Assembly: GCA_040357565.1 (NCBI GenBank)
Contig: JBDODJ010000001.1
Strand: one strand, 5' to 3'
Length of the DNA: 64,000 nt
DNA from: Cercozoa sp. M6MM
Taxonomy: Eukaryota; Protista; Endomyxa: Ascetosporea
Shown one piece after another: positions 37,256-51,166 of the stretch. The notes below the pieces were generated by a model. The model saw only the letters and a list, made by a program, of their open reading frames with translations, made no database searches and was not told the origin of the DNA. Both the position numbers and the translations under genes were made by a program. Position 1 is the first letter of the stretch. Each line of letters opens with the position of its first letter.

Positions 37256-40182
37256 ATGAGCTGGCTGGTTAACAAACTTGGCAGTGCGCTCACCTCCGTC
37301 AAGGTACGAGAAATGCACGATGCGAGAAAGCATGCATTTTTTTGTTTGCTTTTGTTCCGGTAGGAGGCGGCGTCCAAGTACCGGTTCGAGGAGCAAGGTG
37401 CATGGGACAGCGTCTCGGGTGTGTGGCGTGTTTCGCCAGCCACTGTGAACAAGACCGGCGAGCGTGTGAGTGTCTGGCGCACCACCGGAAGCAGCAGCAG
37501 TGCAAGCGCGGACGTGCGCCTTCTGAAGCAGCTTCGACACCCAGGTTTGTGCAAGTTAAAAAGTGCAACATGCACGTGAAATATGAGACACCTAGTAGGC
37601 GTGGTACGCTTCCTCGACTCTAATGACGGTAACGACACGACTCTGATGGTGACTGAGCGTGTGCGGCCTCTGTCGTTGGTGGTTTCGGAACTAGACAGCT
37701 CTGCCATCCAACTCGGCGTGCATCAGGTCGCGTTTGGTTTTTGAATTGGCTAAGCTGCATTATATACTGTGTTGTGTAGGTGCTGCAAACACTGTCGTTT
37801 CTGCACACGGACGCCAAGCTGTCGCACAATGCATTGTCGGACATGAGCATTGTCGTGCCAGATTCGGGCCTGTGGAAACTCGCTTCGTTCCATGCCGCTG
37901 CCGCGCCTCCTCAGGTTCATTTTGCTTCTACTGTTTGTTGTCTGTACTTACTAGCCAAGATAGGGACAAGACGCTTGGCGCAAGGACGCAGAGGCACTGC
38001 GCCAGGTGTTGCTGAAGGTTGTGCAAGCAGTCCCAGGCAACAAGAAGCGTACCTTCCCTTCTGTCTCTTGTTTGAAGAAAACTTGACTTGTGATATAGCA
38101 CCCTCCAGTTTTACCAATCTGCTCAATCAAGCAAGGCCTCCTCGGCACCTGCTGCAGTCGCCGTGGCTCAAGCAGTCGCCGGCAGTGCGCTGTGTCTCCG
38201 TTATCTCGCAGATTGTACCCTTGACCCTCCCCTTGTATTTTGACCCTTAACTACTTACTGGTGTGCAGACAGTGATCGCCGTGCAACCTGCGGAGGAACG
38301 AAAGAAAGCACTTCAGTTTCTGCTGGCGCACATGCGATCACTACCGCGGCAGTTCCGACACCACGGTGTCGCACCCGAGCTGCTGCGCGCCACGGCACAG
38401 AGTGGACAGGTTTCTTTTTCCTGACCAGTTTTCAAAGTGGAGAAACGCTTCTGTTTGGTGCAGGAAATGCTGAAGGATGACCTGTTCTGGAGGTCGCTTT
38501 TCGCCGCACTGCATGATGCCGACATTGCCGTGCGAAAGCAGTTTCTGTGTCCTCTGGTGCTTCGACAGTTCACGCCGGATTTCGCGCCCAGTGGTACGCC
38601 GTTCCTGTCAGTTTTCTTGTATTTTCTCACCAGTCCAATGTAGCCATCATTGTGCTCCGCGCGGCTCAAAAGTGGGCGCCTCTGTTCGACAGCAGCGCTG
38701 TGCGCAAGCAGGTGTGGCCACACGTGGCCAGAGCGGCGTCGTCGAAGCACGCACAGCTCCGCGAGTCGAGTGTGATCGCCATGACCTTCCTGGCTGAGCG
38801 ACTCGTGCCGAGTGAGAGTGGACCGGCTCGCACACAGGAACAAGCGGCTTTGTCTGCTCTGTTGACACCTGTTCTCAGGGTGTTTACCTCTGTATTTAAT
38901 TCCTGTGAATGGCTGATCTGTCTGGATGCTGTAGAAACTCGCAACTGACAGTGCACATGCCGTGCGAACGAACTGTGCTGTTCTACTGGGTCGACTGATG
39001 CCGAAGCTTTCTGTGGAGGATCGAACGAAACTTGCCTTGCCTGGTGTGTGTATTTTGACTGATGCATATTGTTTTAAATGAATATTTGTGCAGTACTGGC
39101 ACGTGGCTGCGGCGACACCTTTGTGCCGGCCAGGAAGGCCGCGCTGAACGCTTTGTTGAACGCACTCGATCACATGCCTGCCAGTGATGTCGCCTGTCGC
39201 ATCCTGCCTGCCGTACCTTTGGCTATCCTAATTGGAAGCTGAAGGGTCCAAATGTCTCGGTTTGACAGATCTCGCCCTTGCTGGTGGACAACGCGGATGC
39301 TGTGCGTGCTGCTGCCTTCGCTCTGCTTCAACGTGCCACTGAGCGCAGCTTTGCTTCCGCTCGGACGGCACTGCAGCAGCAGCAGCAACAGCAACGCGAG
39401 CGAAAGAAGCAGCCCCGTGCTTCGCCATCAGCCTCTCCGCGATCAGAGTCGCCGACGCTGCCGTTCCAAGACGATGCTCTTCGAAACAAAGCGTCCAAGC
39501 AGCGTAACTTCCTTTGCCTGCTTGCTTTCTGTGTATCCTACATGCAAAACACTGTGGTAGAACAAGCGATTTCGAAACTGTTCACGGACGAAGGTGACGC
39601 CGAGGCAATAAAACTCGCGCAGGAGTTGACATCGCCCGCTGACTCCTCTCAGTCTGTGTCAATGACTCGACCGAAAGCAGCACCTGCAGCATCGAAACAA
39701 ACGATGGGAAGTCTCTTCCCGCCGGCTGCTGCTTCAGGTGGCGACAAGTACGGTCTGGGCAGTGTTTCGGCACCTGTTGCGACTGTTTCGGCCAGCAGCA
39801 ACAACGCCGACGACTGGTTCGCACAGATGCAACAGCAGTCAACGAAACCATCGGCTGCTGCGCTGTTCAATCCTCCTTCCAGTCGCGCTTCCTCGCAGTC
39901 AGGTTTCTCCTTTTTCTATTTTCCCTTTCGATTATTTAAAACTGTAAAGCAGTCACAAGTGCCAAGCGAACACCGGCGACCGCTGACCCGTTCGCAGGGC
40001 TTGGCTTTGACACAGCACCCAGTGCTTTACCCGCGGGTACTGGACCCTCCATGCGACAGCAGCAACAGCAGCAGCGAACACAACGACAGCCCCAGCGACA
40101 ACCTCGACAACAACCTCAACAACAGCGACAGCAACAACAAGCCTCTGTTGATGTGTTTGACTTCTCTCAGTGGCAGTCATGA
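37256..40182 (+). CDS. SCY1-like pseudokinase with HEAT repeats
   Basis: KTGERVSVW..LKQLRHPGVVRFLD..MVTERVRPL..LSFLHTDAKLSHN..WKLASF, then HEAT-like helices (LRESSVIAMTFLAERL) and a Ser/Gln-rich tail. Confidence 0.85.
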
Positions 40183-40626
40183 TCTTTTGCACGGGAACCG
40201 GGAGGAGTGAGCGGAAATCCAACGATGTCGGTTATTCGCTGGCAACCGGCGGGTGCGGTAGGAAAGCGAAGAGTGGTCTTGATCAGTGTCCCTTTAGTTT
40301 CACCTCAGTTTAGTTCACTTCCGTTAGGTTTCTTCCATTCGTTCGTCTCCGTCCCTTTTCCGTTAATCACCGCGTTCAGTTCGCTACAGTATGTAGTTCT
40401 AGAAGTCCACGGGGACGGGGCGCGGCTCATTGCGTAGCGTAGTACTAGGTACTATTGTACCGTACGGTAATAATATCCGAACACGTTACGCGACAGAGGA
40501 AACTAGCGTTGAACTCGATTGCCAGTGACGCGAAAAAACGGAAAAACAAAACGAAATTGGAACATAGGCTTGGTGCGGTGCAGCGACAAACAGGGCCAAA
40601 GAAGAGCGACCGAGAGAGAACCTGAT

Positions 40627-42269
40627 CTAGGCACTGGCCTGCTCGGCCACACTCTGCCAGACCTGGTGCATCTTGCGCGAGTTCGTGATCTGCTCGCTGG
40701 CGAGTTGCTGAACTGCACACGGACACAGCACAGCGTTGAGGAAAGGCCGCAAAAGGTGTGTGGAGAAACGCACTGCTCTCGCGGAAGTTGGCGATCTTGG
40801 CGGACCAGACCTTTTGCACCTCGCTGCTGAGAATGATCTGCGTCACGATGCGCAGCAAGTCGTTCAACGAGTGCTCCTTGGCAAAGTCCTCATCACGAGT
40901 CTGTTGCTGCTTGGGCGTCAGCTGAGCCGTCGCCCTATCACATCAACATTCAACGTTGGTGTGGAATGACAGGCGGGCAGGGGTAGGGGGTGTACATCTG
41001 GTTGCGCCACTTGTCGGCCTTGGCACGCGCCTTGTCAAGCTTGGCCTTGAGCGACTGACGCTCCTTGACAATCTCGACAAAGGCACCGGCGTCCTGCATC
41101 TCGTGCTTGACGCAGTGCTCGAGGTTCGACTTGCACAGCTCCGAGAAACCCTCGAGCGTGCCGGCGAACTCGCCGAACTGCTCGTCGACCTTGAGACGAT
41201 CCGGCGACGGACGGGCCGCGTAGTTCGTCTCAACCTGGACAGTCACACAGCGGTACACATCTTGTAGACATCTGATACTAAGGAAAATACCTTGTTCAAA
41301 GCACAAAGCGTCTCGCTCATCTTGCTGGCCATCTCTCCGGCCTCGCGTGTGTGCTCCACCTACCAGACATGATGGCAGGTATGCTACCACCCACTCGCAG
41401 TATACAAGGACAGGGAGAGTACCATGCTGCGCGTGGCCGTGTAGAGCACCTGCAGCTGGTCGTAGCTGCGCGCGGCGAACTCGTGCAGTCGCAAACAGTT
41501 CTCCTCGAGCGACAGCGAGTCACCGAGCTCGTAATTGCACGCGTGCGGGAAGGCCATGGCCTGTGGTGATGCAGGGTAGTATGTATTGTGTGTCTTGTAG
41601 CACTTGCATGTTCATCCGCATGGAACTGAGATTACCAACTGGTGTGCAAGCTGCGCCGACGTGAGCGACTTCAGCTGCAGCGAGATGTTCTTCTTGCCCT
41701 CCTCCCAGGACTGCTCGTGCTTGGACAGGAAGGACTGGAACACCTCGGTCGACGCCACATGCGGCGTGGCCTGCAAGCACCCCCAAAAGACCCTCTTGTT
41801 ATTGACAAAAACTCATCGGACGTGAGTGCAAGAAACGCACGGCGCAGCGGTTGAGGAAGCGCTCGAGATCGGAGCGACGCTCGGCCACGAAGTCGTCCTC
41901 GAAGCGGTGCATGAAATCCTTCGGCGGCAGAGGCGGGATGAACGCGCCAGGCAGCTGCGCAGAGTTTGGGCCGTATTTTAACTACCCCAAAGAGAAAAAC
42001 ACTGATGTACCTGCATGTGCAACTTGTTACGCAACCACAGAAAGTCTTTGAAGCGGCGCGAGACACTCACGACGCCCGGGATGGCCGGCACCACCGTCAC
42101 GTTGTATCGCATGTGAGAGCCTGCAAAAGCACCGCATGTATGTACTGCTAGACAGAGGCTGACTTTACAGTAAATGGCGCTGCATACCAATGAATTTGCC
42201 GGGGCGCTTCTCGGGCTCGCTGACCGAGATCTGCATGTTCTCGCCGGTTGTGTTGCCACCAATCTCCAT
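40627..42269 (-). CDS. Sorting nexin (PX-BAR)
   Basis: ISVSEPEK..YNVTV..VSRRFKDFLWLRNKL..PGAFIPPLPPK..FVAERRSDLERFL (PX domain) followed by a helical BAR region. Confidence 0.9.
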
Positions 42270-43215
42270 TGTTTTGCCCACCTGCGCGTTAATGAGAGCA
42301 GCAATGAAATCACACTACACATTTAACCACTGCGAAAACAAAACACTTGAGCTCGAGTGCACTGCATGAGTGCCAACTCACGACTAAATTCACAATGGAC
42401 GCAAAAGCACACAGCACTGAGTTCACCAAAGCTACCTTACTAAGAACAACACACTCACACCTCTGGGTATGCACACTCCTTCGCAGAGCTCGAGACCACC
42501 CCTCGAAAAGTCACAGTAGCCAAGGAGAGTTAACCTGTAACACTGAACGACAACTGCTGTAATTATTATTGTACTACGTAGACGTCCTGCAACACGTTGG
42601 TTGTTGCAACAGTACCTCGGTGCAACAGTGTCGTGATCAGTGGTCATAAGGTTGTCGAACGATAATGTGTTGATGCCGACAACACGACAGCCACTTGTAC
42701 CAACGATCGGAGTGGCGAGTAAGGTGGGAATGCGCCTTCGTTTGCGATGCAATTTTAGCTCCAGAAGTGCATGTCCACGGCGGACATTGATTATTATTTA
42801 TTGGCTCCTAGCTGCTCGAATATAACCGACGCTCCGGCTGGGCGACAAGGGTGCTCATTTCCGCATCTCGTCCAGAACAGGCGTGTGCTGCAGGTCCCCA
42901 GGTGACTTATTGAGCGATCTGGGCGACCTGTGCACCTTTGGGAGTGAGATCCAGTGACGCCAAAATAATGGTGCAGTTTCCTGTTGGGTGCTGTTTGGGA
43001 ATGTGTGTTTGTGCTTTTGTGAGATAATCTGTCGCATAGTACTTCGATTCGGTGCATATTGGAAATGACTACCCATCAAGAAAGGTGGGTTAAACTGACC
43101 GGGCTGTCCTGTCATTGTTTTTAATGTCAATGCGCTGGCTTGTGTGCACATGTAGGCGAGTTCACTACCGGCGCCGCTGAATCTGGCGGAACTACGGCGG
43201 CAACACTTTGGCCGA

Positions 43216-45700
43216 ATGCAGTCGCCATCGCTGTCGGCGTCACCGCCGCCACTGTCGCCGATGTCGATGGCGCCAATGCCGGCGCTCAGCTCGCCACCGC
43301 CAGCACTGTCGCACGACAGCACCAACGACTGGCCGGCCGACGACGACTGGAGCGACATCGACCCGTTCGCCAAGGAGAACTTTGCGCGCGCAGTCGGCCG
43401 CGACGGCAACCGGGGCAGCGAGTTCGAAGCAGGTGCCTCATGCGACAGCTCCAGCGTGCCCCTGACACTGCCGAAGAACACGCGCATCAGTCACAAGCAC
43501 CTGCAGCCGCAGCCGCACCCACATCGATCGCGCCGTGACCGTCACTCCAGTCGTCACTCCAGTCGCCAGTCGGGTCGTCACTCGACTCGTCACTCGACAC
43601 GCGGCGGCACGAGTCGCCAGTCAGTGGCCGGCAGTGTCGCGTCGTCGCCATCGCCATCGGTGTCGGCCTCGGCCTCGCCTCTGGTCTCTCCTTGCGCCGG
43701 GGCAGACCTGCCCAGCAGTCTGTCCAGAGACCAGGTGCCTTGGGACCTACCTAGGGATCTGCAGAGGGACCTGCCCAACAGTAGCAACAGTGACGTCGGC
43801 ACCTTTGCGCGCATCTTGAGCAGCGGCAAGTCGGGCGAGAAACGGCACTCGCAGCCGCGGCAGCAGCGCTCACGCGGCCGCAAGAAGTCCAAGCTGAGCG
43901 CCAAGAACAACAAGTTCGTCTCGCTGCCGGACCGTCTGGACTCGCAGCGACTCTTGCTGATTCGCTCGCAGATGCAGCAGCAGCACCCGCAGCTGATGCC
44001 GCCGCACTCGCCGCCCGTGTCGGCCTCGGTGCCATCGCACTCGGCGTCACACTCGGTGGCCTCGCAGGCAACCTCGGCGGCACACTCGGCAGCCTCGCAC
44101 TCGGTGGCCTCCTCGGTGTCGTCGCAATCGTCGTCGAGTTCGCGTCGCTCGCGCCGTCGTCCGCGCAGCACGCGGCGTCACGACAAGTCGCGCAAGTCCG
44201 ACAAGGATGGTACCTCATGTCTGCGCCTGTCTGGTTCAAAAAGACACAGTGTTTCACTGTCAGAAGAGACGGTATCGGTGTCGGCGGCTCTGGAGGCTGC
44301 CTCGCAGGCCCACGTGCGTTTCAACGACGCCGACAACATGCTGCGACGTGCCTTCGCCTCGGCACGTGCTGATCACATGCGTCTCCGCGTGGCACTGCAG
44401 GGTGCCGAAGCAGCGAGACGCTCTGGCTATACTGGTATCTCGACCTACAACCCGTGTACCATCTGTACCCTCCTAAATACCCTTTGTGTATTAGACAAAG
44501 CCAGATTATGGTTCCGCCGAGCAGTGGCACTGCGCGACTCTCGCGGCGGCAATGTGCCGCGTCGACTCGCGTCTGTCTCGCGTGCCTGGCTTGAGTACAC
44601 TCGCTCTGTGTGTGCCTGTGTGTGTGTGTGCCTGTGTCTGTGTGCCTGTGTGTGTGTGTGTGTGTGTGAACAACCGAGTAACTGTACTGAGTAACTGTAC
44701 CGCAGGTGGGCCAAGCTGGAGGAAGAGAACGGCGACTTCTCGGCGGCGCTGGTGGCGCTGCTGCGCGGACTGCGCGTGCTGCTGCCGGACTCGTCGGGCT
44801 TTGCGCTGCACGAGAACGACGCCTTGGACCGCGAGATCGTCGTCACTGTGGTACGTCCTATGCTTCCCACTGCCTTGCTTTCCCTGTAGTTGGTGTGTCT
44901 GAGTAGAACGACGTGCGCGACAGCGAAGGCGACGATCTGCGTCGCTACGTGTCGCGACAAGTGCTAGCCAACGAGGTGGACGACACGCGTGCGCCATTGC
45001 GCGACGCGCTGCTAGCACGTGCCGTCAAAGTGAGCACGCGCCTCGCACTGCGCCGCCTGCCGCTCGGTCTGCGACTGTGTCGGCACGCACATGGCTACAC
45101 CAGTGTCTCGAACGGTTTCACTGACATTGACGGTGGCGCTAACGGTGGCATTGACGGTGACGGTGCCTCTGCCTGCTGCAGCGAGTGCGATGCCACCGTG
45201 TGCTGCAGCGCACTGGCCGGGTCGCCGCACTACGCGCCGGCACGTGCGCCGCTCCAGTTGGCACGTGCACTGCTGAGTCGCGCCGTGCAGACGGCGCCGC
45301 ACCGTGCCTGGCGTGCCCTGGTCGACGGTGCCGCACTGGAAGAACGGTGCGGCCATGTGACGCGTGCACGTGCCTTACTGTGCACGGCACGGCGACTGCA
45401 CCTGCGCGGTGACGAGGCGCAGTCGTCAGAGCAGTCGGTGGAGGACGAGTTGTTCACGCTGACGCTGTCGCACACGGGCCCGCTGCTGCTGGAGCTAGTG
45501 CGCTTCGAATGGCGACAGCTGGACGGCCTCGAGTGGCGCTGCTCGCACCTGTCGTCGCTGCCGCCACTGACGGCACTCGGCGCCTGCGTTTCTCAGCCGC
45601 AGCACCGTCGGCGACTGTTGGAATCACTGGCGCCACCGTCGCGTGCCTTCCACGTGGCTGCGCGTCGCTTGTGGCACTGCTTGGTATCTCTTGCTCTATA

Positions 45701-45740
<40 letters not shown>

Positions 45741-47701
45741 CATATTGATATATGCTGGAGTGTGTTTGCGAGTGTGCAGCACGCCGCCCTGGAGGCAGCG
45801 CCCAGGTACGGCCCGCTGTGGCAGGAGGCACTCGAGCTGTGTGCGTGCGACGTGCGACTCGTGAAGCGACTGACCGAGTCTGCGCTCGCACAGGTCGGCG
45901 CCGAGATCGCGTGGAAGGTGCGCGCGCGCGCCGCGTGGATCGCCGCCTGGTGTCTTCAGAACGTTGACGTGCACCGCAGTGACTCTCCTGCGCTGAGCGA
46001 TAAGTCCCATCTAGACCAGGACAGAGACTCTGACCGAGAGAGAGACATCATGCGCTATGCCAGGCGCCTGCTGCGCGATGCCGAAGCAACGGCGCCCAAG
46101 AACCTGCGCTGGCGAATTGCACTACTAGCTGCAAGGGTACTGCACTTGTATCGTTGTATCCAATACTTGTATCCTACGCTGAGAGTGTACTGTCGGTGTG
46201 TGTATAGGTGGAGGCAGGCCAACGCAACTTTGCGGAAGCACGGCGACTGACGCAGCGTGCCCTGCAGAGTGTCGGCAAGCGTCTGCGTGCCGTGGCTGTG
46301 GCCGATGCCGCTCGACTCGAACACCTCGGTGGCGATGTCGAACGATCGGAGTCCCTACTGCGTTCGCACATTGGTACATTGTCCTACCCTCCCTACTTGA
46401 GCATCACTGATCCCTGATACTGCACATACAGAGAATGACGGTTCCGACTGGCGACTGCACCGTGAACTGGTAGGTCTGCTGCTGCGCATGCGACGGCCGG
46501 CACACGCCGCCTTGGCACTGGCGCAGGCACTGCACAGCACGGGCGAGTGCGGTGACTGCGGCCGTCTGTGGGCCCTCGCTATCGAGGTGGCCCGTGTGCC
46601 CGAGGCGGCGCCGGTGCTGGCCGTGTTGCTGCACGACAACGCAGTCGACGGCGACGACGTCTCGGACGTTCACAGTGTCAGCTCCGTGAGCAGTGTGCTG
46701 GCCGCGCTGAACCTCGATGGCGACGTCTTTGTGGACGAGTCGTGTCCGATCGACGTGCCGCTGCTGTTGGCGCGCAGGGCCTTGTGCCGTGTGCCCAAGT
46801 CGGGCGAGGTCTGGCTCGCTGCTGCACGACTCGCCATGTGTCCGGCACCCGTGATTCTGAGTCACGTGCGCTGCACGAGTCTGGACGCGATGGCACGTGC
46901 ACTGGCCGGTGATGCCAAGAGTAGTCGAAGCACCGGCAGTGACAGTGATCGAAACTTGCTCAACGTGCGGCACGTGCAGGGTCGCACGCGTTTCTCTTTG
47001 CGCGCCGCGGCGCGATGTCTCGACTGCGCGGCCGAGTTCACGCCGCAGTGCGGCGACGTGGCACTCGAGAAGGTGCGCTGGCTCGCGCTGCTGCACGGCG
47101 TGGACGCTGCGGGCACGCATCGCTGTGTGCAGGCGCTGGGCTGGCAGTGCGCCGCCTTCTCGGTCAACTACGGCGCCGTGTGGCTGCGCGCACGCGACTC
47201 GCTGCAGCGACGACTCGCACTGGCCGCTGTGGCCGCACAGGACGCCGGCACTGAGGAATACCTCGTGCTGCGAGGGGCTCTCACTGACGCCACTGTCTTC
47301 CGTTCTGCTGTTCGTGATGGTACCCGTCTGTTGCTCCCATGTGGCTCCCATGTGACTGCAGTCATCTGGTTTCTGCAGTGTTTGGTTTCGTCCGCGCGCA
47401 TGCCGCGGAGTTTGCGCGACGCGAGTGCGAAGCGATGTCGCCGGAAGAGGCATCGGTCAGACGGGACGACGCTGCGGCCGTGCGACAGCAGCGCTCGGTG
47501 GCGCTCGAGTCCGTTCTATCGCCGCTCTCGGCTTTGTGGCAGTTTGCCGATGCGGTACCTGCCCAACTTTGCTCTCTGTGCACCTCACCTGTCTGCGAGG
47601 TGTTGTACATATTTCATTGTTGTGATCAGAGCTTTGAGGAGCGCTTCTCTGTTCTGTTTTCGTCGTCGCCCGTTGCTGTGTTTGAATCCTTTTCGTTGTG
47701 A
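43216..47701 (+). CDS. HAT/TPR-repeat protein (PRP6-like repeats) with Ser/Arg-rich disordered N-terminus
   Basis: AWLE/WAKLEEENGD, PRYGPLWQEALE, VPKSGEVWLAAARL, FTPQCGDVALE, NYGAVWL. Confidence 0.7.
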
Positions 47702-48264
47702 GCCCGTTGAAACCGCGCTTCGTCGTGTTTGCTCTTTGGTCGTTCGAGTGGCTTCGAGAATCAAGTGGCGCTGCTCTCTGTCTATCGTGTTCAGTTACTT
47801 GCCACGATGGCCCCTGGAAACGTCGACTCACAAGTTGAACAAACGCGATGCATAACAGTTGCTGCGCATGCATCGCATCGTACGGAAACGGAACGGAAAG
47901 TAAATTTAATGTGATTTATCGAAATGTATTGGTATCTGGTGCGATCGGCCACCATTAGCGAGCCGCGGGTCGAGTCGAGTTAACGTTTATTCAGTTCAGT
48001 TTGTATAGTATCATGCGCTGGTGTATTGTGGTCCATTTACGATACTGTCTGTCATGTACGCACCGTGTTTCATACTCAACAAACGTAAACCGAGAACTTT
48101 ACTTACAGTGTTCCTATGTTACATTGATTTCGTTACAACTACGCGTCCGGGAAGTACAGTATAGTATCTGCCAGTGGGCGGAGCCCAGCCGGCGCGAGAA
48201 GTAATTTACAGTATACAACGCGCCTATGCAAGCCCGGGAGTGTCGATACTCGAGGCGTCCGTCG

Positions 48265-49260
<996 letters not shown>

Positions 49261-49455
49261 GTCATAAAAAGATCATGCTGTAACATCGTACTGTCGTGTA
49301 CACTGCCAGTCGAGTGCACTGAAAATCTTTTGGCTGTCATCATTTCTACTTTATTGCTTTCCCGCCGTCCCGTCACGTCAAATACTCGTGCGGTGCGGTG
49401 AGCGGAGGTTAGCAGAAACGAAACGGAATAGCGAGGCACGGCAGTCGCTGTCGTT

Positions 49456-50548
49456 TCAACGGCGAGGAGGCGGCGGTGTACCTGCACAGCAGAAAACAGA
49501 GTCACTCACACACCTGACTGGTCCAGACGGTACAGTACATCAAGTACCTCCTGCACGAATCGGCACGGGCGGTCCGGGACGACGCGGCGGCGGCGGACCG
49601 CCTGTAATGTTTGGCGATCAAGGACAAGTGTACAGATGTACAAATGTACAGATCAGTACCGGGACGACGCGGCGGCAATGGCATTCCACGTGATGGCGGA
49701 GCCGGGCGCTGCGGCGGACGCGGCTATAAACGCACTAACATCTGTACGCCATGTACAGAAGGGGTGGGGTACGCCTGAAGGTGGCGCGGGTGTTCGCGGC
49801 GGCGCACGTGGCGGCGGCACCGCGGCTACACATGTACCCACATACACTTGTACCCACTTGTCCGTATAGACAGTCCAACAAGCCAGTCCACAGTCCAGAT
49901 AGACAGGAGGGAAGAGGGATATACTTCGGGAAGGGACAGGAGGACGCGTGGGCGGAGCACGCGGCGGTATCGGACCGCCTATGCCAGCATACATTCCATA
50001 TCTATATATATATAATACACATAGAATATATACTTATACGTATGGCTACACAACAGACACAGAATGAGTCAGAGAACACACCGGCACCAGCAGGCGCAGG
50101 CGGAGTGCGACGAGGCGGAATTGGAGCACGTGGCTGCAGGCACACACACACAGTATGCCTAAGTAGGTAAAGTCAGCAAGAGGGTGCGTACCCCAGGAGG
50201 AGTGGAACGTGGCGGGACGGGCGCTCTCTACAATGTAGGTTTAGGGTTAAGGGTTAGGGCAGAAGGTAGGGTGGGGTGTACAGGCGGAGCATTGGGCGGC
50301 CGCGGCATTCCGCGCGGAGGAACAGGCGGCATGCTACCAGAAACCTTGCTGACACTCGAGAGTTCCTCTGCCTCCGACGTGGCAGTCATGTCGAGACTGT
50401 GCTTGGCACGTCGTGCCGTCTGCAACACATTGTACGTACTCTCCATGACAGTACACACTGACAGCAAAGCCAGCAGGTACCGGGACAGGCACAGCTGGTG
50501 CACCAACGCCTGCCGGGATGGTCTGCACACAGAGGTATACTAATAGTC

Positions 50549-50623
<75 letters not shown>

Positions 50624-50633
50624 NNNNNNNNNN

Positions 50634-50682
<49 letters not shown>

Positions 50683-51120
50683 GGGGGGGGGTAAGTACCG
50701 ATGTCGGAATCGACGAGCGCGGCGGAATCGCCGACTGCGCGGGTGTCGGAATCGACGACATCGGAGGCGTTGGAACCGACGACGGTGGCGACGGAGGGGT
50801 CTGGGGAGGGTAAAGGGTAAAGGGTAAAGGGTAAAGGGGAAGGGTAAAGGGGGACGGGGTAAAGTACCAACGACGTCACAGCAGCGGCCGAAGCCTCCTC
50901 GGAGCGGCCGAACGACGCATTCGAGTCAAAGCTGCCATTGCGCACGTCGCCGATATTGCATGGCAGGCCCGCCAACTGTATACACCGTCAGTACATTCGG
51001 ACAGTCCATGGACGGGTACAGTATGGACACAAAGATAGCCACCTGAGTCGGCGGCAACTGCGGCATGCCGAAACGCGACACCAGAGTGTCGGCGCACTCC
51101 TGCAAACACCCCGGCATACC

Positions 51121-51166
<46 letters not shown>

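Noticed and set aside
50230-50870. True chromosome end or telomere
   Set aside because: The repeats are short, degenerate and inside introns of a continuous gene.
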